A stretch of DNA of 64,000 bases from Octopus bimaculoides (taxonomy: Eukaryota), in NCBI RefSeq assembly GCF_001194135.2, contig NC_068981.1, positions 43,565,680-43,629,679 on the forward strand, in the 5' to 3' direction. Below, one piece after another: positions 14,181-27,489 of this stretch (position 1 is the first letter of the stretch; every line of letters starts with the position of its first letter). Under the pieces are notes generated by a model. The model was given only the letters and a program-made list of their open reading frames with translations, did not search any database and was not told the DNA's origin. Both the position numbers and the translations under genes were made by a program.

Positions 14181-15256
14181 TATATATGTGTGTGCATATG
14201 CATGTTTAGCCAAACAGTCATCACTTTTAGCAATCCATAAGTGTGTCTGGTAGTTGGGCATATGACACTTGGCTAAATTAAATCTTTTTCGGTACAGAGG
14301 GTTGGTTGGTTGGTTGGTTGGTTCAAAATGAAACAACATGGAGGCGACAGTGGCACTAGTAGTGTGTGTGAGAATGCCTACAAGAAGGCCACATTGTTTG
14401 TTCTGTCCACTGGCTCATCGAGAGAACTCGCTGAGTAGCATTGATGTGAGTGAAAGAACTACGTGCCGAGAGAGTTCTAAAGCAAAGGAAGGAAAATTCA
14501 TGAGAAATGGTGACTGTCATGCTTTATACAAATGCCAAACTGGAAGCAGAAGGAAATGTCCCATTCTAACCAATCACAGAGAACGACACAAAAGGTACAA
14601 GAACACAAATTCGACTGAGCCAACTTTGAAATGGAGAAATGTATGTTTGCATGCTAAGCCAATATCAAACACAGAACTACTACACATGTGTGTGCTTGGG
14701 TGTATGTATGTGTTTGTGATTTCTTTCCTTTGCATTGTGCAACAGTTGCTAATAAATATTAATGTCATACTTGTAGTGATATTTGTTTGTAATTTCTGAA
14801 AACATGTCCAACCTTTTTGGTGGTCAAGAAACAAATTAGGGGTTGGTATCAAGAAAGGTATTCAGCTGTAAAAAATCTGCTGCAATGAATTCCACCTGAC
14901 CCATGAAAACATGGAAAAGTGGATACTAAAGCAAGAATGACAAAATGATTATCTGTGTGCATGGTGTGTTGTGTGGGGAGGTGCTCTAACAAAAGTTTAA
15001 CTCAGCTTCATATGGCATAGGACAAACCCATTTCATTATATATCTGATGTGATGTGTTTGTCCTTCATACCCTCAAAACTTTAAATTTTGAGATGAATCA
15101 AACTGATTTTAAAGCATATAACTTAGACAGGTTTCAGCCAGTATAGGCCCAGGCCATGTCTATGTGTTGGGTGCCTCATTCTTTCATTCGTTCACTCATA
15201 TATGTAACTATGTCTATTTTTTTATCTGTCTGTCTGTTCGCCCCCCCCCTTCTTTC

Positions 15257-15299
<43 letters not shown>

Positions 15300-15427
15300 C
15301 TATAATGTATTATAGATATATTCCTCTATCTATAATAGATATATTCGTCTATCTATAATGTATTATAGATATATTCCTCTATTTACATAATATTGAGATC
15401 TCATTCATTCTTTTGTTGTCATATCAT

Positions 15428-15466
<39 letters not shown>

Positions 15467-15476
15467 NNNNNNNNNN

Positions 15477-15508
<32 letters not shown>

Positions 15509-16493
15509 CATACATATATATATAAAGTATACAGGAATAAGAGGTGATATATATTATTTATCTATTTATTTATAGGCTCACATCTGTTTCAGATAAGCAT
15601 TTGGTTGTGTTCATGGTTCAATTTTATCGATTGATTGATCTACTGAATGCTATCAACACAATGCTATCTCCCCAGAGTGGAAATATATCAACTGGGTACA
15701 TACTATGTATCCCTCCATTCATCACTTATCCCTTTCCTCCCCCACCTCCAAGAACAACATTCATTCCTCATTATTTTTCTTCATCCATGCTCTTTCATTT
15801 TGTGCTGTACTCCATCCTTACACCTCTTTCCTCCCCTATCTATTCAATGCTCTCAAATATCTAACATAACCCCACTCCCACCGAGCCATTCCTATATCTC
15901 TCATCTTCAATTACTATAGTCCCCTTTATTCCACTTAACCACCTCCCCTTACATTCTCATGAAATTTCCTCTTCTGTCCTTCTACTCAATCAAATCCTCT
16001 GTATTATTTCACCTGTATTCTCCTACCCACCTACTATGACCTTACCCACCACCACCATCACCACCACCACCACCACCTTGTACTGTTGATACTACACTAC
16101 TTTTCCAGGTAGTCTTCCTGTATAGGTCTTTTTGAGTCCCCCAAAAATGGTTAGCATTACCTTTCCCTTGGAAGATTGAGTCTTGAATTTCTTATTCGCT
16201 GGTGAGCCAGGATGTTTCCACTCCAATCACTGTCTTTTGGATTCTGCCTCATAATGATGGACCCACATTTCATCTCCTGTGACTATTCTGCTCTTTATTC
16301 TTCTTTGGTGTGCATCGCTAGTAGAATGGCTATGCTTACACTTTAAAGCCAAAAGGAAAAACAGCAGGATCGAGCTCAAACTTCGATCACATGATCACAA
16401 TATCACCAACTATAAGCACACATGTGCTGAAGGCAGTGTGGCAATAATAAAGATATGTTATGGTGAAAGTATGGATAATTTTTGACTTACTGT

Positions 16494-16529
<36 letters not shown>

Positions 16530-16535
<6 letters not shown>

Positions 16536-16857
16536 AGACCTTTGGAAATGTGCTGTGCACGAGAAGACCCGGCAAGCCAAGTGAGATCGTTGCCAGTGCC
16601 CCTGGACTGGCTCTTGTGCGGGTGGCACATAAAAGACACCATTTCGAGCGTGGCCGTTTTCGTGCAGGTGACACGTAAAAGCACCCACTACACTCTCTGA
16701 GTGGTTGGCGTTAGGAAGGGCATCCAGCTGTAGAAACTCTGCCAAATTAGATTGGAGCCTGGTGTAGCCATCCGGTTGCACCAGTCCTCAGTCAAATCGT
16801 CCAACCCATGCTAGCATGGAAAGCGGATGTTAAACGATGATGATGATGATGATGATC
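16530..16857 (+). mobile_element. RTE 3' tail (young copy)
   Basis: cttgagaagacc-like start; ends catgctagcatggaaagcggatgttaaacgatgatgatg. Confidence 0.9.
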
Positions 16858-17951
16858 TGATGGGCTTCCTATAGTTTCTGACTAACAAACTCACAAACCC
16901 TACTCCAGCAAAGGGCTTTAGAATCAGACACTTGATGAAAGTACCTTACAGTAGAACTGAATCTGAAATCATGTGGTTGTTAAATGACCTGTATGGCTCA
17001 GAGGTAGAATTGAAGTTAACAATACTGTTGTTCAACTATGATTTTCATCTTTTATTCATTTATTTCAAATTAATGCTATAACATTTATGTATGTGTGTGT
17101 TTGTGTGTGTGTGTGCGCGTGTATAAATGTGTTTGTATGTACATGTTTGAGTGTTTATATATGTGTGTCTATATGTGTATGCATCTGTGTGTGTGTGTTT
17201 GTATGTATGATCTGGGAAATACACATCTGGATACACACTGAGTAGAAGTAGAGTTAAATATATAATCACTGTTGCCTTGTAAAATAGAAAAACAAAAAAT
17301 AAATTGCAATAACAGAATACAAAAGAAATAATACATATGGATATGATGTCAAAAGAAAATGGAGTGAGTGGGAAAAAAGAAGGGTGTATACATTCATATT
17401 TTTATGCACATACAAACACATGCACATGCCCTCTCTCTCTCTCTCATACACACACACACATGTAATTCTAAATATATGTATAGAGATAAACACAGATAAC
17501 TATGAGTACACATATATGTAAATGCTGGCTATTATATATAAATATGATTGCGTGTACATATGCATGTACAAATGCATGTATATATTTGCGTTTATGTATA
17601 AATGTATATATGGAGACAAACTGGCTTAGCGGATAAGATATTGAACTTACAAACAACTGGTGTGATAAATAACTACAGTTTCCTGAGTAGGTCAAGTATA
17701 TAACATGATAGATAATTTTAAAACATATAGAAGTTTCATGGAGGTTTAAGCAATGTGTAGTTGATCTGACAGACACAGTGTATATATTTACATGATATAT
17801 GAGGTATTTAGAAATGAAGGAACTTATAAGATTAAGTACACTAGGAAAATATGTTATTGTAATTGTGTACAAATACGGCTATATCTATGTGCGTGTTTAG
17901 ACATAATGTATGTATATGTAAACACACACACATATAAAAATGTGTGTTACC

Positions 17952-18000
<49 letters not shown>

Positions 18001-18072
18001 ATCTATCTATCTATCTATATATATATATATATGTATATGTATGCATATACGTATTATGTATGTGTGTGCATG

Positions 18073-18124
<52 letters not shown>

Positions 18125-18126
<2 letters not shown>

Positions 18127-18193
18127 AAATGAGACAACAAAGCTAAGGCAGTGTGAAATTTCTAGGACATTTATAAAGAGAAAGGTAGTCTTA
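18125..18193 (-). mobile_element. Terminal fragment of the PLE pLTR family seen at 29425-29570
   Basis: acaacaaagctaaggcagtgtgaaatttctaggacatttataaagagaaaggtagtcttaca is nearly identical to 29430-29490. Confidence 0.75.
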
Positions 18194-18230
18194 CATCCTT
18201 ACCTGCCTTATGGGTCTTCTGGATATATAC

Positions 18231-18262
<32 letters not shown>

Positions 18263-18299
18263 CTATATATATATATATATGTATATATACACACACACA

Positions 18300-18532
18300 C
18301 AGACATCATCATCATCATTGTATAACGTCTGCTTTCCATGCTGACATTGGTTGGATGGTTTGACTGAGGACTGGCAAGTCAGGAGGCTGCACCAGACTCA
18401 AATCTGATGATCTGGTAAGGTTTTTACAGCTGGATGCACTTTCTAATGCCAACCACTCCAAGAGTGTAGCGGGTGCTCTATACGTGTCACTGGCAAAGGG
18501 GCCAGTCTGGTGGCACTGGCATCAACCATGCT

Positions 18533-18535
<3 letters not shown>
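18300..18535 (-). mobile_element. RTE 3' tail
   Basis: Begins (CAT)n...aacgtctgctttccatgctg, the reverse complement of the RTE terminus. Confidence 0.85.
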
Positions 18536-18570
<35 letters not shown>

Positions 18571-19659
18571 TGATAGACAGATAGATAGATAGATACGCAC
18601 ACACAAACACACACATATGTGTGTGTATGCATGAAGGGAATATATGCTAAGAGAAAGAAGTTAGAGGGGCAGTGCTATATAGTGTTTAGGAAAGGCATTG
18701 AGCCATAAACACCATGTCAAAGCAGACATTGGAGCATGATGTACTCCTTGGATACATCTTATGTTGCCAAGTCCTCCAAAGTCATGTAGGTATGGAGGTG
18801 GATGTTAAATGAAGATGATANNNNNNNNNNNNNNNNNNNNNNNNNNNNNNNNNNNNNNNNNNNNNNNNNNNNNNNNNNNNNNNNNNNNNNNNNNNNNNNN
18901 NNNNNNNNNNNNNNNNNNNNNNNNNNNNNNNNNNNNNNNNNNNNNNNNNNNNNNNNNNNNNNNNNNNNNNNNNNNNNNNNNNNNNNNNNNNNNNNNNNNN
19001 NNNNNNNNNNNNNNNNNNNNNNNNNNNNNNNNNNNNNNNNNNNNNNNNNNNNNNNNNNNNNNNNNNNNNNNNNNNNNNNNNNNNNNNNNNNNNNNNNNNN
19101 NNNNNNNNNNNNNNNNNNNNNNNNNNNNNNNNNNNNNNNNNNNNNNNNNNNNNNNNNNNNNNNNNNNNNNNNNNNNNNNNNNNNNNNNNNNNNNNNNNNN
19201 NNNNNNNNNNNNNNNNNNNNNNNNNNNNNNNNNNNNNNNNNNNNNNNNNNNNNNNNNNNNNNNNNNNNNNNNNNNNNNNNNNNNNNNNNNNNNNNNNNNN
19301 NNNNNNNNNNNNNNNNNNNNNNNNNNNNNNNNNNNNNNNNNNNNNNNNNNNNNNNNNNNNNNNNNNNNNNNNNNNNNNNNNNNNNNNNNNNNNNNNNNNN
19401 NNNNNNNNNNNNNNNNNNNNNNNNNNNNNNNNNNNNNNNNNNNNNNNNNNNNNNNNNNNNNNNNNNNNNNNNNNNNNNNNNNNNNNNNNNNNNNNNNNNN
19501 NNNNNNNNNNNNNNNNNNNNNNNNNNNNNNNNNNNNNNNNNNNNNNNNNNNNNNNNNNNNNNNNNNNNNNNNNNNNNNNNNNNNNNNNNNNNNNNNNNNN
19601 NNNNNNNNNNNNNNNNNNNNNNNNNNNNNNNNNNNNNNNNNNNNNNNNNNNNNNNNNNN

Positions 19660-19691
<32 letters not shown>

Positions 19692-19699
19692 ATGTATAT

Positions 19700-19920
19700 A
19701 ATCAGCCCATTTAAGAGCACCTTTCAATCATTGGGCAATAAGCTGTGCTTGAGAAGGCCTGTTGTGTCAAGCGAAATTGTCATGGAGGATGCTGTACTGC
19801 CTGACTGGCACCTGGGCTGGTGACGTAAAAAACACTATTGGAGCAGGCTCAATGCCAGTGCCACCTGACTGGCTCCCATGCTGGTGGCATGTAAAAAGCA
19901 CCCACTACACTCTCAGAGTG
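19700..19920 (+). mobile_element. RTE 3' UTR fragment, followed by a minus-strand SINE A tail (about 19925-20110)
   Basis: cagcccatttaag...gctgtgcttgagaag...aaaagcacccactacactctcagagtgg, as in other copies. Confidence 0.75.
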
Positions 19921-20222
19921 GTTGTTACTTTTTATCTTGTATCTTTTAGTTGTTTCAGTCATTGGAACAGAGTCCCCACTGGGCCACTGCCTTGAAGAGT
20001 TTAATTGAAGAAATCCTACCCAGTACAAAGTTTTTTTTTTTTTATTTTGGTACTTATATCAGTTTCTTTGCTTACAGCAATGTAAACAAATGAACACTTG
20101 TTGTCAAATGGCTGAAGAACAAATGTATATGCATACATACAAACACAAACACACTCATACATACATACATGCACGCATGCACACATACATACATTCATGC
20201 ACGCACGCACACACACACACAT

Positions 20223-20271
<49 letters not shown>

Positions 20272-21169
20272 TCAAAATCCTCTGACTGAATTGTTAAAAA
20301 AATTTATTCTTCATGTCTTTATTGGTTTCAATTATTAGAGTTCAAACAATTGCCATGAAACTGTACTGAGATAAAGATACATGGAGCATAGGGAGTAAAT
20401 TTTTTTGTTGCCACTTAGAGTTAGTTGATGATGTTGAGCAATCCTGGTCTTAAGAGCAAAAACCAGCTCATTGTATTCTCATTCTTCTGTTTCTTTCAAA
20501 AAGAATATATTGGTAGAACATATCTTTTCTAGTTTTGCTTCCACTCAGAACTGTGTTTCAAACCTCAGGTCAGTGATATCAGTATTGAAACAAGAGTTAG
20601 TTTGCAACAAGTGCTGTATGTCATACTGTATGTGAACTATTGAATGTCTATTCATCTTTATTTTGTGTGTGTGTGCTTCTGTGTATGTGTGTGGGTGTGA
20701 GTGTATTTGCAAGCATGTGTTTGCATATGCATTCATATATAGAAATACACGCATACAGACATATATATACCGATGTATATTCATATTGCACATTTTGCCT
20801 TTTGAGGAATTAAATTCTTTTTCATTTTAAATACTAGAATAAATGTATTTAACTTCAAGTGTTCTATAACAGATAAGTTAATGTCAGGAAGAAAAAAACA
20901 ACAAAAAAACAAAGGAATATAAAACAAAAACAAAAGAGAATAAAACGGCAACTTCAACTGAATGAGAAAAGAGAATATTTCAAACTTATCATTTGAAACT
21001 TCAAATTTCATGCTTGAATCAAAAGTTAGTGCTAGAATTATTTTATTAATAGTTTTTCTAGTATTCTATTATTGAATGAAGTCATGTAAATCTATAAGAT
21101 TCATCTTTGCTTAAATTACTGAAATAGTTTTTTGGGGATTAGATTACATCATTGTAAAGGTAGTAGAAG

Positions 21170-21415
21170 TAAAGTTCCTTCCCAAGTCATATAGACTCAA
21201 ATGGCCAGTTTCTCAGCTTCACGGCATATATATTCCCCACCTGGATGGGATGTCAGTCCATTGCAGGATTACTCATTTTTGCCAGTTGAGTGGACCGGAG
21301 CAATGTGAAATGAGCTGTCTTGCTCAAGACTGCAACACCTAACCCAGAAAATGAAACCACAATCTTATGATTATAAGTCCACCACCCTAGACACAAGCCA
21401 CATGCCTCCACCAAA
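21170..21415 (-). mobile_element. tRNA-derived SINE (family C)
   Basis: Reverse complement has a gtggaggcatgtggcttgtgtctagg...tRNA-like head and a ttgagcaagacagctcatttcacattgctcc core; related copies at 54625-54750 and 57490-57600. Confidence 0.6.
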
Positions 21416-21479
21416 GTAGAGGTAGTTGCATTTATAACTAACATGTAGGGTTACTGATCTTGGAGTAAAGAAAATAAAA

Positions 21480-22750
21480 ATTCAAAATTGTTAATAGTAA
21501 TGCAAACACAACAGATGCACAGAGAACGTATTCCATCACATGCCAGGAGTAGAAGCTAGAAGTAACTGCTAGTTTCCACTACCTAGGTGACTAAATCTGT
21601 AGTTGGAGTGGATGCTCAGAGAGCATTGCCACTAGAATAAAAGTAGCCTGGGTAAAGTTCAGAAAGCTCCTACCTGTACAGGTGACAAAGGGCCTCTCGC
21701 TCAGAGTGAAAGGTACATTGTTTGGTGCATGTGTGTGAACTGCCATGCTACACAGCAATGAAACATGGGCTGTGACTGCTGAAGGCATGCGTAGGCTTGA
21801 AAGAAATGAAGCTAGCATGATCTGCTTGATGTGTAATGTCAGTGTGCTTACACGACAGAGTGTAGGCACCCTGAGAGAAATGTTGGACATAAGAAGCATC
21901 GGATGTGGTGTGCAAGAGGGACGACTGTACTGGTATGGTCATGTGCTACGTATGGATGAGGAGAAATGTGTGAAGAAGTATCACTCCTTAATAGTGGAAG
22001 GAACTCGTGGAAGAGGGGAGACCCAGGAAGACATGGGATGAGGTGGTGAAGCATGATCTTCAGATGTTGGGCCTCACAGAGACAATGACGAAAGACTGAG
22101 ACCTCTGGAGATATGGTGTGATTGAGAAAACCTGGCAAATAAAGTGAGATCACAGCCATAGCCTATACCAGTGTCACATAACCAGCCCATTTAAAAAGTA
22201 CCTTTGAATCGTCGAGTGACATGACATGCTTGAGGAGACCTATTGAGTCAAGTAAAATCAAAATCAAAGCCAAAAATCAAATCAAAAATCAAATCACAAT
22301 CAAATGGAAATTGTAGTTATGGCCAATGGCAGTGCTGCCTGACTAGCTCTCATGCTGGTAGCATGCAATAAACACCATTCATGCGTGGGTTGTTGCCAGT
22401 GCTGCCTGACTGGCTCCCCATGCCGGTAGCATATAAAAAGCACCATCCAAACTTGGTTGATGTCAGCCACCCACCGCCCTGACTGACTCCTGTGCTGGTA
22501 GCATGTAAAAAACACCACCCAAGCATGGCCAATGCCAGTGCCTTCTGACTGGCTTCCATGCTAGTGGCACATAAAAAGCACCCACTACACTCTCAGAGTG
22601 GTTGGCATTAGGAAGAGCATCCAGGTGTAGAAACATTGTCAGATCAGATTGGAGCCTGGTGCAGCCTCCTAACTTGCCAGTTCCCAGTCAAACTGTCTAA
22701 CCCATACCAGCATGGAAAACAGACGTTAAACGATGATGATGATGATGAAT
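21480..22750 (+). mobile_element. RTE-clade LINE, 5'-truncated (C-terminal ORF + 3' UTR)
   Basis: LEVTASFHYLGD...RIKVAWVKFRKLLP...AMLHSNETWAV...RLERNEASM...RLYWYGHVLRM...VEGTRGRG, then a modular UTR and (GAT)n tail. Confidence 0.92.
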
Positions 22751-23378
22751 GCATAAATCCTGGGTTATTTAATGAAGTTAGTAGAGCAAAATAAGGATTT
22801 GAAAGAATTAAAATTTATCAAAAAATATTCATGCAACATTGATTTCTGATATGAAATAGATTTAGTAAATTTTTAAACAGAGAAAGAAATAATGCATGCA
22901 TTAACTGCCAAAAAACATTTCTTCCACAAATCACTGATGATATCATATTTAACTAACTTGAGCTTATTTATCTCTTAAACACGAAAACTGTACTATTATA
23001 GACTTGTATATATGGAGTGTGTGTGTGTGTTTGTATAAATATATGTGTGTGTATGTGTGTTTGTGCATGTGCATGTACGCATATGTGTGTGTGTGTATAT
23101 ATGTGTGTGTGTATGTGTGTGTGTGTGTCTGTAAGAGGGTATTTTAGTTTGCTGGAAGCATTGTGTATTGTTTGTGAAATTTAACGTGTCTGGAATGGCA
23201 GAACAATGGAGAATGGATTTTAATAACTGTTATAAATAATTTAATTATTCATAGTCTAATATAATATTTTGGAATATAAAAATTCCTTCTTCAGATATTG
23301 CTAGGAAGTAATGGAGTCACTGCTACAGTGCATATTTATGTAAGTATATACATACCTATCTAATATATGTACCTATAT

Positions 23379-23431
<53 letters not shown>

Positions 23432-23465
23432 ATATAATATACATACCTATCTGTGTGTATGTGTG

Positions 23466-23506
<41 letters not shown>

Positions 23507-24044
23507 GTATTCATATTTGTTTTTATGTAAAATCATAAAAACAATTGAACTTTAAATTGAAAGGTCACTTAATACTTTTTGTATTAATTTATTTTTATTG
23601 AATAGTAATTTATTTTTGCAAGAAGTTTGACAGTAATTTTGAAGTTCCAACCAGCATACTGTCATCAGTCTGTGACTTAGTGTGATTTCTCATGCCTAAA
23701 ATATGGTTTTAGATGGTGGTGGTGGTGGTATGCAAATTAGAGTGGAATTAATGCGTCTGCTGTGAAACAATAATGAAGAGGTGGTTCTATAAGAATTTTA
23801 GGTTGGAGTGGAGAAGAAAGATAGTAAAAACAATTTTTACTTGAACAAGGGTAAATAGAGGTTGTGTTCTTTTGATAGATTCTGCTGAGCTGCTTATATT
23901 TGATGTGAAGGATTGTTGTATATTTATGTGATAATGGAGGTTCATTCAAATAATTTTATGAACCTTAGTGCTGGAAAGTTAATTCTGCATTAAACTTCAT
24001 GTGGTAGAAGGAACACAATTTGTGTTAGTTGATGTCGACTTTGT

Positions 24045-24160
24045 CTTTCAACCTTCCGGGGTTGATAAATTAAGTACCAGTTGCATATCGGGGTTGATCT
24101 AATCGACTGGCTCCTTCCCTCAAAATTTTGGGCCTTGTGCCTAGAGTAGGAAAGAATTTG
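24045..24160 (+). mobile_element. SINE core/tail fragment (CORE-like)
   Basis: gactttgtctttcaaccttccggggttgataaattaagtaccagttg...ggggttgatctaatcgact; related minus-strand copy at 57650-57840. Confidence 0.55.
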
Positions 24161-24591
24161 TGCTAGCTGAAGGTTTCCTTTAACCCATTCAGAATTTCTT
24201 ATGGGTCTGTTTATATAACAGCTTATGTGATATACTATTTTTAAGTTTCATACAAAAGTTAGTAAATACAAGTATGGCTGGTTAGGTTTCTATCAAAGTG
24301 TAGGTCAAAGATAGGTCAAATATGATGGTTAGTGTTAAAAGTTTGCAAAATTTCCACTGGTTTTGTAAAATATATTGTTTATATAAAGTTTCTATTGTGG
24401 TATAGTTCTTTGTTTCTAGTAGAAACATTTATGTGTATACATATATATACTAGACTACCCATGATTCATTGGGTCCCCAGGAAACTCTCAGTTTCCCAGT
24501 AATGGAGTTTTGTTTCATGCTTTTTTTTCTTTTCAGGATATTTTGCATGCTTCCAACAAATGTGACATCAAAATCACATGTAAACAGCTCC

Positions 24592-24734
24592 TCTCCCCAC
24601 CAAAGGAAAGATTTGGTTGCTATTTCGTGCATGCCCTGCTACCATGCAACAGGTATGTCGGGTCCTTTATCGCAAATAGCTGTTACGTGGCAGCAGGGTT
24701 TGCTAGAAATAGCAGCCAAATCTTTGGAGGTGAG
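24592..24734. repeat. Foldback (MITE-like) inverted repeat, arms about 55-60 bp
   Basis: aaagatttggttgctatttc...ccctgctaccatgcaacag (24592-24652) pairs with ctgttacgtggcagcaggg...gaaatagcagccaaatcttt (24680-24734). Confidence 0.8.
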
Positions 24735-25373
24735 ATACGTTGGATGCACTCGAAAAAAAAAAAAGCATATAGAAAACAACTATTTCACACTGAAGTTACG
24801 AATGTGTCTTTTACGAAATATTTATTATATTTTTAAAATTCATTTTCACTTTAGAATATTTTTTAAATATGCCAAAAAATTTTTGTAATGGTATTCATGC
24901 GAACATGATTTAAAAAGACATGAAAATATTGTCTGCTTAAAGAAGGCTAAAATATAAATACTTACTGTCCAAACAACTTACAATTTTGAAATCTCATTCA
25001 TTTAAAAATGTTTGCAAATGATTAAAATATTGTATTTAACAAATGTGTAAACAGAAACATTTACTGTAAAAAAAAATTGTATTTTTTCGTTGTCAACTCA
25101 CTGTGTCTAACAGAAAGATTAGACTCTCTTCCCTTTCAGGATGAAGATTATTTTTGGAACATTTTCCCTTTATGCACCATTTTGTGTATTTAAACCCTGA
25201 AAACCTCTAATATCTCAAGAACCACTTTACCAATTTACATGAAACTTGTTTCATTCCGTTCTTATTAACATTTCAGGTAAACTTAATTCATAGTAATTTT
25301 CCATTATGTGCCAGTTTGACTGAGTAACATTGCAAGCAAGCTAGATTCAATCTGACTTTTAATAGTGTATAGA

Positions 25374-25424
<51 letters not shown>

Positions 25425-25559
25425 GTATATAGGCAACCAATGGAAGAGATAAATACAATTGTTTACTCTCATCTAAACTAGTGTTTTGATACTGCAAGAA
25501 TTTGGGTAAATATGTGTAATGGGAAGGGGTTGAAGTGGTTGGTATGAGAACATGTCTGA

Positions 25560-26830
25560 TATGTGTTTAGAGATCTTTTAAAGTGGAATTGGAAAGCTCC
25601 TTCAACCTTTAACCTCATGTTTGGGTGCATATGGTTACATTTCCGTGTGTCTTTGGTTTGATCAAAACTTTGCTGGGTTTTCAAGATATGAAGGTGGGAG
25701 GACTAATGGTGGATGTATTAGCTTTTATAATCATAATGTAGCTCTTAGGTAAGCCATTATATATATTCTCTAATATGAATATAAAGGTGCCCAGATGAAG
25801 AGAAGTTTTTGATATAATTCTTTACCTGGCTAGGCATAGCCTGGACTTTCGGCTATTAAAATAAAGCATGCAGTTTTTCAAGATGCAGTTTTTCTACTTG
25901 ATGTTGTAACCTATGGCACTTCTATTCATCAACCACATATGCCTAGTTAGGGCTGTTTTTTGCATCACTTCTGGATGAAAGACTTATGGTTGTATCTGGT
26001 CCTTAGAGAACTTTCTGTTGCATCCACATTCTTCTGCATGTTTGAGTGACTGCTGGATCCTTTAATGTTACTTTTGCCTTATATATATATAACTGTTTCT
26101 GTATTGCAATGGCTGTTAAGGGGACATGCACTGTTGCCTCTGCATGAACATCCTGTCTATGTCCCATGTATAGACTTACCTACTAATAATTTATTTATTC
26201 TAGGTACACAGCTAAAAAGAAACTCTTAAAGAATATCTATTAAACATTTTACAGAACCTATTCATATGAAGAAAATGTTTAGCAACTAAGTTAGAAAAAA
26301 TCTTACCCATACAAATTCTTACATTTAGGGAGAATGGTATGTGCAAATCACAACACTTTCTGGTGTTGTTTTCTCTTGGTGGTGTTCCCCAACTTTAATG
26401 ACTAAACTTCCTCTTCTACTGCTTATTAGGTCACCTATGTAACAGAAACTGTCTGCTACCTCCAGGGATACTCCAAGACATTTGGGAAAGTCTATTTCTT
26501 GCATGTGCTTAGTATTTGATGCTCCTGCAAATGTACCACATCTAAAATCTACTTTCTCTTTTAACCTTTATGTGATTCCACAGCACTTCCAGTAAATTCA
26601 TATTTTGCACTGGGCACACCATATGATATTGCATCCTACACCTTTTCTGGATATCAAGCACTTGACAGATGTATGTTGAGGTATGTTCCTCCATTATCCA
26701 TTTTCTTGATATGTATGTATTCAATAGCATATCCATTATTTATATGTATATCAGGGCAATCTTTTCTGCTGATGGCATTGTATATTGCTTTAGTCACAAC
26801 GTGTAGTGGGAGATTGTTACTCAATGACAT
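25560..26830 (-). mobile_element. Naiad-type Penelope-like element, 3' half, decayed
   Basis: PFSLNVRICMGKIF..LVAKHF...FNRYSLRVSFSC...GCSCRGNSACPLNSHCNTETVIY...YNHKS...YFNSRKSRLCL. These match the Naiad thumb, Cys cluster and GIY-YIG; same family as 41130-42090. Confidence 0.8.
26410..26680 (-). mobile_element. RTE internal fragment nested in the Naiad element
   Basis: RKGVGCNIIWCAQCKI*IYWKCCGIT...FRCGTFAG...LEVADSFCYIGDLIS; overlaps in sequence with 21530-21610. Confidence 0.75.
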
Positions 26831-27489
26831 TTTTGGAAAGTAGCACATTACAAGTTTTATATTCTCCTCAGAAGATTGACAAAATCAATATTTGCAGTTG
26901 CATCTTGGGAGATTAAGGGCTTCACTATCCCACATTTTCATGAAATATTTTATAGTTTTCTACTGCTCTTTGATTGCAAAAATATAGCTTTTAGATATCA
27001 CATGATGTAGTAGTCATAAGAAAAACCATAATTCATTAAGAAAAACCATACTTCATGTTAACCTTGTCGTTCATTTCATATTTACAGGTAGCCTTTATGT
27101 TGCATGTGGGGTGTTTTGTGATATGTCGAGATGTATGTACTGAGATATACAGACCTTGCATTTCTGGGTTCATAAGGCAGTGATGGAGGTCATCAGGAAG
27201 TTAATGTTTTTGAGAAGTTCAATACTTATTTTTCAGCATTTGGTTGATGCATTTATTTTTGCTGCTATTCTCTAGCAGTTACTGTCTCAGTGATATCATA
27301 GATCACACAAAAGCTGTTTCTACAGATCGTAAGCTTCTTTCTCTGTCTTTTCTTCTCAGATATAGTCCATCAATATTACTGTGTCTGTAGCAGTTTGCTG
27401 TTAATGTCGGGATCTCAAAGCTTTTAATGTCTATAAGCTGGATTTCTACAGACCAATTAAATATCCTAATTATTGGTATGAGTACTGAA

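Noticed and set aside
18759-19727. 300-aa ORFs
   Set aside because: They span N gaps; likewise at 7885-8466 and 28318-28903.
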